A stretch of 64,000 nucleotides of DNA. It comes from Octopus sinensis. Lineage: Eukaryota. Positions 50,124 to 58,420 of this stretch are shown here, in pieces (position 1 is the first letter of the stretch; every line of letters begins with the position of its first letter). The stretch lies in the NCBI RefSeq assembly GCF_006345805.1, contig NW_021832440.1, positions 124,001 to 188,000 on the forward strand, given 5' to 3'. A model generated the notes under the pieces. It searched no databases and was not told the origin of the DNA. It saw only the letters and a list, made by a program, of their open reading frames with translations. The translations under genes and the position numbers were made by a program.

Positions 50124-53100
50124 TATTTGATGTAAAAAATGTCTTTAATTTATATTTCATTTAAACGTTGTACCCATTTTGGCAAAAAGCTCGTTCCTAA
50201 TTTCCAGAAAAGATTTAGAAAAATGAGGACTTTAAGAATCCTGCATTTTAGAATCATTTTAGACTTTAGACTAAAAGGAGATTTTTCCAGAATAGATGCA
50301 TAGTTTCTTTTAAGTATGTGACTTTTTAATTACATTTTGAATATTTTATTGGAAATGGCAAATTTTTAAAAGTTCAATTTGATTGGATTGAGCATAGAAG
50401 ATAAGTTTAAACAGAACTCGGTTCTTTTTGTCATTTATGGCGACCATCTAACATTTTCTTAAGATACAAAGAACCGGAATACTTATTACTAGGGAAAAAT
50501 AAATCAATAAAGTCAATTTCAATTCAGAGTTAGACTTTAGTCTCACTTCTTTCAGAGTTTACTTGCCGCAATATAGTAGAAATTTTAGCTCAACAAAAAA
50601 TATCAGAAATAATTAATTTAATTTCAAATATCAAAGTTAGTTTGAATAGTTTAATTGTCACGGTTTTTTGATTTTGGATGAAACTGATGTTAAGAAAAAC
50701 AAATTTGTTATTTGTCTATAGTTGAAATGTCGGTGAGCTACTTTTCATATTGAAATTTTTTGTCGATTGACTTATATATTTTAATAACAAAATTTTATTT
50801 TATAATTAAAAGTTAATGGGATTTTTAGCAAAATTTTCAGAAATACTTTCAGTTCTTCTGACAACAGACTGTTTTGAGAGTGTGGTATTTGGATTTAAAT
50901 ATATTCGATTACAAAAATTAAAATCGTGCTGGTATTTGGGTTAAAATCGATGCCAAAGCAGAATGTGCTTTAAAACCGATTTCATAAATAAAAATAATAT
51001 TTTAAAATTTATAATTGATATTTTAGAATAACGAGAAAAAATCTAAATGCTTCATAATTTATTAAAATTTCAAAACAAGAATCTTCTGAAGGAGCAAGCC
51101 TGTCTGCACAGTTCATTTGTGATTAGAAGACCTAATTTTAGAGATTGAAACGAGAAATAGCAATGAGATCTGTCAAATTATTACCCCCCTCACAACCTAA
51201 ACCAAATTAGCGTTCAGTATTCATTGATTTTACTTTTTATATTAAGGTCTACTTATAAATTATTTTATGGGAGTCTGTTATGCAACGTGCTACTATCTCG
51301 ATGTGTGCTCTACCTGGACAACAAGAAACTAACAATATTATTAATAATAATATACCTAGAGCAGGATGGACAACCGCATCGGAGAGACAGACGTCCGATG
51401 GCAAGAACATCGTCTTTGCCATTGCTGAAGGGATCGAGTGCACGACCCGGGAGGACTGGATTAAATCCGCCCTTTCCCAAGTGTTGGGAAGAGCTTCCAG
51501 GATGCCCAGAAATGGGTGGCCTACCCTGCTTCAGTGTTTCAATCGACGCTTTAGCTCGAACCTATCGTTAGATGCACTGAAGAAGCTGGCCAAGACCCCT
51601 CCTCCTGGCTCGCGGGGGAGGACTGCCGCTGCGGTTACGCCGTCAGGATGCCCCCCGTGTTCTGAACAACACGAGCACCAGAGTAGTGAGTTATCGCTAC
51701 TCTTGCAGGTTAAGGAGATATTTAGTAGGCATATCTCTGCGAATCGTGTTGTCCCCCTTGCGGACCGCAGAGTGACCCGAAAGATACCTCGGTGGCAACT
51801 CAGAAGTGACGTGATGGGTTGCATCAATCGTGCCATAGTTTACGCGATCGTGCGTGAGCCTCCGGAGACAATGGACGAGATTTCTCTTTATTTGTACTCG
51901 GCACAGACAACCTATGATGAAATCACTCAGAGGCCTGCCCCAAAGAGTAGATGGAGAGAAAACATTGCCGCAAAAGTAGCCGCAAGGAAAGCCGAGCTGG
52001 AAGCGCTGACTGGGCACATTTTGAATGTGAGCAATGGGGTCAAGGGCAAGACTCCCCCCTTGGTGCGTACTTTACTTCGTCGGGAACGAGCTGCCAAATG
52101 GGACCTCAACGAGTTGAGGCGTGTCCGGGCAGAGAGGGAGGAGCTGATTCTCGTTTATCAGAAGAAGCTCTCAACTCATGAGTCTCGGTGTCAGCGCAGG
52201 CGGGAGAACAACCTGTTTGAATTTAATCGCAGGTCGTTCTATCGTCGGTTGCACGGAGAGACGAAGGAGGGTACCCAGCAAAAGGCCGAAATGCTTGACA
52301 CATGGGGGAGTATGTGGAAAGCACGTCCTCGCAAGGGTGTGTCGTTTCCGTTTTGTGGACCCGATGCTCCCTTGATGACCGAGTCTTGTGGTGTCCCTGA
52401 CATCCGCAAGAAGTTCGATGAAGCAGTAACCCGTCTCTCTGACTGGAAGACACCTGGGGTCGATAAAGTGTATAATTTCTTTATTAAAAACTAGCTCGGC
52501 AGCTCGCTTCGCTCACCGCGACCTAGCTCCTGCGGAGGGCCTGTTTCATCAAACAACTATAAGTTTATGTAGATGTATAAAACTACCTGGTTTAATGTAA
52601 CCATATTCTATCGCCTGTTGATAAAAGATGTTTGTCGTCCGTCCTTCCTTGGCATATATGAATAAATTTTCTCTTCTGCCTACCCTCGAGCATCCCACAT
52701 ACAGCTGTCCATGTGAAAAGCACTCACTCTCTAAAAATAACCCAACTACCTTTAATGACTGTCCCTGGGCCTTGTTTATTGTCATTGCAAAACTCATCCT
52801 CAAAGGAAATTGCAGCCTTTTAAATCTAAATGGTGATTCATCAGAAATTATCGGAATTCGTGGAATATAAACATCCTCACCTCTATACTTACCTGTTAAT
52901 GTCGTCGCCTCTATTACGTTAGCCATCAAATTTTTGATAACTAACCTCGTTCCGTTGCATAATTTAGGTGGCGCAAGATTTCGTAATAAAACCACTGGAA
53001 CGCCTATCTTTAACTTTAAAAGATGATTGGGCATTCCAGAGGGATCTAAGGAGTTTAAAAATTCAATCCGGTTGAATTTTTAGAAAATAACAAAAAAAAT

Positions 53101-53867
53101 AAAAAAAAACAAATAAAAATAAATAATTTAAAAACAAACAAATAAAAAAAACAAAAAAAAAAACTTTAAAAATTTGTAAAATAGTATAAAAAAAAATCTC
53201 TGCCGCCACGGCAACAACCTGTCTAATTTTTTTAACAGCCAATTAAGATAATGCTTAAGAGCCTTTATAGTCCGGAGATTTAGCTTAGTGACCTTGATTA
53301 GACAAACCACTGGCGGAAATGGGGCAGCCGGAGATGGGGCAGGCGGAGATGCGGCAGGCAGAGTAGCAGCAGCCAAAAAAGCGACACACAAAAAAGATTT
53401 AATTAATTACCTTAAGCTGACCGTTTTTTCTTCAGCTTCGTTTTTCCTCCTTCGGTTATCTATTTAAAAAATTATTTTTGAATAATAAAAAATATTAGGA
53501 AAAAAGAGGCATACAGAAAATAAATTCTATCTTTACGAAAAACTTCTTTTCTTAAGGTCGTCTTCCCTCCTTCGGTTATCTATTGAAAAAATTATTTTTG
53601 AATAATAAAAAAGTTTAGGAAAAGAGGCATACCGAAAATAAATTCTATCTTTACGAAAAACTTAACTAAATAGTTAAGATTTTTACGCAAATTCTTCTGA
53701 TGGCGCTGTCAATTGGTGGTAAATTGTGTTAATGATTGTGCTAATGTGGTTTCAACTATCAAAGTGTTTTTCAAAATCTGTTAATTGCACACTCTATTCA
53801 AGGTCGTGCGTCAATTGGTGGTAAATTGTGTTAATGATTGTGCTAATGTGGTTTCAACTATCAAAGT

Positions 53868-56800
53868 TAGAATTTGGAAAATTAACACCGAAAATAGTTA
53901 AGTCCAACGTGCGTTGTTGTTGTTGTTGTTGTTTTTAAACGCTTCTCGATCTGTGTGAAATATATGACAAACTCTGAAGAAAATCGAACTATGAAAAAAC
54001 CTGAACAGTTCACTCGCTCCCCGACAGTATGTCAGTCGTGCCTCGTGTCAAACCCCCGCAAACGGGGAATCCACTGCGCCCTCTGCAATGCCCATTTCCA
54101 CCTGAGCTGTGTATCTTTGTCTAAGGCGACTGCAAGTGCCTTGGGCGCATGGCACTGTGCCCGCTGCCTCTTCAACTCAAAGGGCGCTGGGCCAAATCGG
54201 CGACCCTCTCGTACTACTTCCCGCCACAATCTCTCGACTGAAGAATTTATTCTTTCCCTGTCTTCGCTTCGTGGCACAAGAGACATCCCTCTCCGCATTC
54301 CCAAACAAGCCCGCCTGACGGCCGCTTCCTGCCTCGAACAAATTATCTCAGAAGCACTCAGTTCCGAAGAAGACCTCCCGTGGTTCCGTATCTTCCTGTT
54401 CGCACCTCTCGTCCTCGGAAACAAGCACGAGCCGACCATTCCCGGCAAGGGAATCTCGTCCGCAATTAAGTCTCGGGCAGTTTCTTTCGGCGAGGAATGC
54501 GACAATCTTGTCCTACCCTTCCCTCTTCCCTCCTCTCAGAGGAAGTCCGGCTTATGCGAAAATGGCATCGGACAGGACGCCAGGATGATCGATCGGGTGA
54601 ATCGAAAGCTCCTCGAAGGAGACGTAAGAGCTGCCCTCCGTGTCTTGTGCTCCGGGGACTCTGTTGCCGAGTGTACGTCCAGAACATCAACTTTGCTGAG
54701 GTCAAAACATCCGCCGGCCCCTGAAGACCTAAGGCCTTGGACTCCCCCCCGAAGCCCCACACCGATGATCATCACTGAGGAAGAAGTTCTGTCGGGAATC
54801 AGATCTTTCGGAGCGAGCAGCAGCGGGGGAATTGACGGCCTTCGGCCGGGGCATATCAAGGACATGACTTCTGCGATCACCGGGGAATCCGGCTCTCGGC
54901 TCTTGTGTACAATCACGAAACTGGTCGGAAGGATCATCGACGGAAAGATCCCCCTCTTCGCGAGGAATCTCTTTTTCGCTGCCCACCTTCACGCTTTTCA
55001 AAAACCGGACGGAGGTGTCCGCCCAATAGCGGTTGGCAATTACTTCAGAAGGCTCTGCGGAAAAGTTTCTGCCAGAAGGGTTGCAACGAGAATCGGGGCT
55101 GAGCTTTCGCCTACGCAAGTCGGTGTTGGTGTGCGTGGCGGCTGCGAAGGAGCCGTTCACGCCACCAGGGGGTTCTTCTACATGGGGCAACGAGTTACTA
55201 CCGATTTTATTGCTGTGAAGCTTGATATCACCAACGCTTTCAACAGCGTGCGCCGGGATGCTATTTTGGAAACATGCGCTCGAAGAGTACCAGAAATAAT
55301 CAATCTTGTCTCGCTTGCCTACGGCTCGGAGAGCAGTCTTGTATACGGGAATGAGATCATCCGTTCGGAGACCGGCGTGCAACAGGGTGATCCGCTAGGG
55401 CCACTCCTCTTCGCGTTGACAATCGATGAGGCAGCTCGACTTGCTGTCTCTCAATTCAATCTGTGGTATCTTGATGATGCCACATTGGGTGGCCATGCTG
55501 ACCACGTTATTCGGGATGTCGAACACATCGTTCCAGCACTGGCTACCCTCGGCCTCTCGGTCAACGCGAAGAAGACCGAGATCATTAATGTCTCGTGTTC
55601 GGAGGCCGACTTCCGATCCGCTGTGGCCCGCCTCAGAGCAACCCTGCCTTGTGCGAACGTTACCCCAATCGATGATGTCACCTTTCTCGGTGGATCCCTG
55701 TCCTACACGAAGCTCCAATCCATGCTTTCCGCCAAAGCTGAACACTTCCAAAGATTTTCTACAAATCTCTCTATCTTGTCTTCGCACACTGCCTTTTTCC
55801 TCTTGAAGAACAGCATTCACATGCCGAAACTCATTTTCACCCTCAGGAGCAATCCCTGCTTCCTGCATATGGACCTACTCGCCGCATACGACGTAATCCT
55901 GAAAAAGACTGCCGAATCCGTCCTCAATGTACACCTCGATGGTCCTGGATGGGCCCAATGCTCGCTCCCATTGAGATTCGGAGGTGCGGGAATCCGCACT
56001 GCATCCGATGTGGCACTTCCGGCATATCTATCCTCCCTTTCGATGTGCAACAACCTGGCCTCTGAGATCCTACTCAACTCTTTCGGATCTTGCCTGGATG
56101 GTGCTTTTTCGGATGGGCTCACTACCTGGGATCGCTCCTTTTCTGAGAGGCCCGAAGATTTCTCCTCCCAACGTGCCTGGGACTCTATCGCATGCCGAGC
56201 GCGTGTGTCTGTGCTCTCGGCAACCCTTGATCAACACCGCCTGGCATGCCTTCGTGCGGCATCCGCCCCTCACTCTGGTAGCTGGCTGAATGCTCTTCCT
56301 CTCCCCAGCATCGGGACGTGGCTAGACGATGCTGCCATACGCATCGGAGTGGCTCACCGTCTCGGGCTGGATGTTTGTGCAAAACACCGCTGCAGATGCG
56401 GTGAGGTCGTTGACGAAAAGGGACTGCACCCACTTTCCTGCAAGAGGAGCGCAGGCAGGGAACACAGACACAAGGCCCTCAATGAAATCGTGAAGGCCGG
56501 TCTCGAAATGGCGGGCCATTCGTGCCTCCTCGAACCGGTCGGACTCGATCGGGGAGATGGCAAAAGGCCTGACGGGATGACAATATTCCCGTACTCGTCG
56601 GGGAAGGCCCTTGTATGGGATGTCACCGTTGTGGATACCTTTTCGAAATCGAGGATCCATTCTTCTGCGGCAAACCCTTGTTCGGCTGCAAACCACGCCG
56701 AAAAGATCAAAATACATAAATATTCTTCGCTCGCGGACCGCTACCGCGTTACGGCAATCGCTCTGGAGACCGCTGGAGTTGCAGGAAAGGAGACTGACTC

Positions 56801-56980
56801 GTTCCTCAAAGAGGTCGGGCAGTCCATCGGGAGAAGGCTCAAGGACTCGAGAGAGAGCCTCTGGTTCCGCCAGCGCATCGGCCGGGCCATTGTTCGGGGC
56901 AACGCACACTGCGTCCTCGCCGCTGGAACTTAACTATTTTCGGTGTTAATTTTCCAAATTCTAAAAAAAAAAAAAAAAAA
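53868..56980 (+). mobile_element. Full-length CRE-clade non-LTR retrotransposon
   Basis: 12-bp TSD AACTATCAAAGT at 53856-53867 and 56981-56992; ~18-nt poly(A); 36-bp inverted terminal duplication; single intact ORF; the empty site is visible in Helitron copy 1 (about 33135-33160). Confidence 0.95.
53964..56933 (+). CDS. PHD-RT-CCHC-RLE polyprotein (about 989 aa from the first ATG)
   Basis: PHD at 54030-54167; RT motifs GIDGLRP, VRPIAVG, KLDITNAFNSV, GVQQGDPLGPLLF, WYLDD; CRC...HPLSC...RHKALN knuckle; KRPDG...WDVTVVD RLE; AIVRGNA terminus; no stops. Confidence 0.95.
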   Translation: MTNSEENRTMKKPEQFTRSPTVCQSCLVSNPRKRGIHCALCNAHFHLSCVSLSKATASALGAWHCARCLFNSKGAGPNRRPSRTTSRHNLSTEEFILSLSSLRGTRDIPLRIPKQARLTAASCLEQIISEALSSEEDLPWFRIFLFAPLVLGNKHEPTIPGKGISSAIKSRAVSFGEECDNLVLPFPLPSSQRKSGLCENGIGQDARMIDRVNRKLLEGDVRAALRVLCSGDSVAECTSRTSTLLRSKHPPAPEDLRPWTPPRSPTPMIITEEEVLSGIRSFGASSSGGIDGLRPGHIKDMTSAITGESGSRLLCTITKLVGRIIDGKIPLFARNLFFAAHLHAFQKPDGGVRPIAVGNYFRRLCGKVSARRVATRIGAELSPTQVGVGVRGGCEGAVHATRGFFYMGQRVTTDFIAVKLDITNAFNSVRRDAILETCARRVPEIINLVSLAYGSESSLVYGNEIIRSETGVQQGDPLGPLLFALTIDEAARLAVSQFNLWYLDDATLGGHADHVIRDVEHIVPALATLGLSVNAKKTEIINVSCSEADFRSAVARLRATLPCANVTPIDDVTFLGGSLSYTKLQSMLSAKAEHFQRFSTNLSILSSHTAFFLLKNSIHMPKLIFTLRSNPCFLHMDLLAAYDVILKKTAESVLNVHLDGPGWAQCSLPLRFGGAGIRTASDVALPAYLSSLSMCNNLASEILLNSFGSCLDGAFSDGLTTWDRSFSERPEDFSSQRAWDSIACRARVSVLSATLDQHRLACLRAASAPHSGSWLNALPLPSIGTWLDDAAIRIGVAHRLGLDVCAKHRCRCGEVVDEKGLHPLSCKRSAGREHRHKALNEIVKAGLEMAGHSCLLEPVGLDRGDGKRPDGMTIFPYSSGKALVWDVTVVDTFSKSRIHSSAANPCSAANHAEKIKIHKYSSLADRYRVTAIALETAGVAGKETDSFLKEVGQSIGRRLKDSRESLWFRQRIGRAIVRGNAHCVLAAGT

Positions 56981-57249
56981 AACTATCAAAGTGGTTTTTC
57001 AAAATCTGTTAATTGCACACTCTATTCAAGGTCGTGCAATCTGTAATTGCACATTCTGTCAAAGTCAAATATGATAATAGCTTTAATTTTGATTCATGTC
57101 GATAATGGTATATGCATTTAATTTTAAAGAGAAAAACATAGGATGAATTGAATTTCTTTCTCGCGAATAATTAGGAGTTCATCAGTGTTAATATTCTCGC
57201 TGTCGTTTTCATCAAAGATATTCTTAATACGTAAGATTTTTGCCTCGAA

Positions 57250-58420
57250 GGTTTTAATGGACCTCATCATGAATGTCGAGGACATTAACGTTGTTCATTT
57301 TAATCAAATGCAGAAAATATTTTTTTGATTTTTTGGCGGGAAGGTTTCAAGGACCTCATCATGTAAATCGAGGACATCGTAGTTGTTCATTTTAACAAAA
57401 ATGCAGAAATTTTTTTTTAATTTTTTTGGGGAGAAGGTTTTAAGGACCCCATCATGTAAGTCGAGGACATCGTAGTTGTTCATTTTAACCAAACTGCAGA
57501 AAATTTTTTTTAATTTTTTTTGGGGGGGAAGGTTTTAAGGACCTCATCATGTAAGTCGAGGACATCGTAGTTGTTCATTTTAACCATAATGCAGAAAATT
57601 TTTTTTTAATTTTTTTGGGGGGGAAGGTTTTAAGGACCTCATCATGTAAGTCGAGGACATCGTAGTTGTTCATTTTAACCAAAATGCAGAAAATTTTTTT
57701 TTAATTTTTTTGGGGGGGAAGGTTTTAAGGACCTCATCATGTAAGTCGAGGACATCGTAGTTGTTCATTTTAACCAAAATGCAGAAAATTTTTTTTAATT
57801 TTTTTGGGGGGGAAGGTTTTAAGGACCTCATCATGTAAGTCGAGGACATCGTAGTTGTTCATTTTAACCAAAATGCAGAAAATTTTTTTTTAATTTTTTT
57901 GGGGGGGAAGGTTTTAAGGACCTCATCATGTAAGTCGAGGACATCGTAGTTGTTCATTTTAACCAAAATGCAGAAAATTTTTTTTAATTTTTTTGGGGGG
58001 GAAGGTTTTAAGGACCTCATCATGTAAGTCGAGGACATCGTAGTTGTTCATTTTAACCAAAATGCAGAAAATTTTTTTTTAATTTTTTTGGGGGGGAAGG
58101 TTTTAAGGACTTCATCATGTAAGTCGAGGACATCGTAGTTGTTCATTTTAACCAAAATGCAGAAATTTTTTTTAATTTTTTTGGGGGGAAGGTTTTAAGG
58201 ACTTCATCATGTAAGTCGAGGACATCGTAGTTGTTCATTTTAACCAAAATGCAGAAAATTTTTTTTTAATTTTTTTGGGGGGGAAGGTTTTAAGGACTTC
58301 ATCATGTAAGTCGAGGACATCGTAGTTGTTCATTTTAACCAAAATGCAGAAAATTTTTTTTTAATTTTTTTGGGAGGGAAGGTTTTAAGGACCTCATCAT
58401 GTAAGTCGAGGACATCGTAT
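57250..58420 (-). repeat. About 94-bp tandem array inside Helitron copy 2 (about 13 units)
   Basis: GAGGACATCGTAG anchor recurs every 93-95 bp. Confidence 0.95.

Noticed and set aside
54032-56949. Many 60-220 aa ORFs antisense or out of frame to the CRE ORFs (also 5855-6710, 42158-43030, 62901-63840)
   Set aside because: Shadow ORFs of GC-rich TE coding sequence; no independent motifs.
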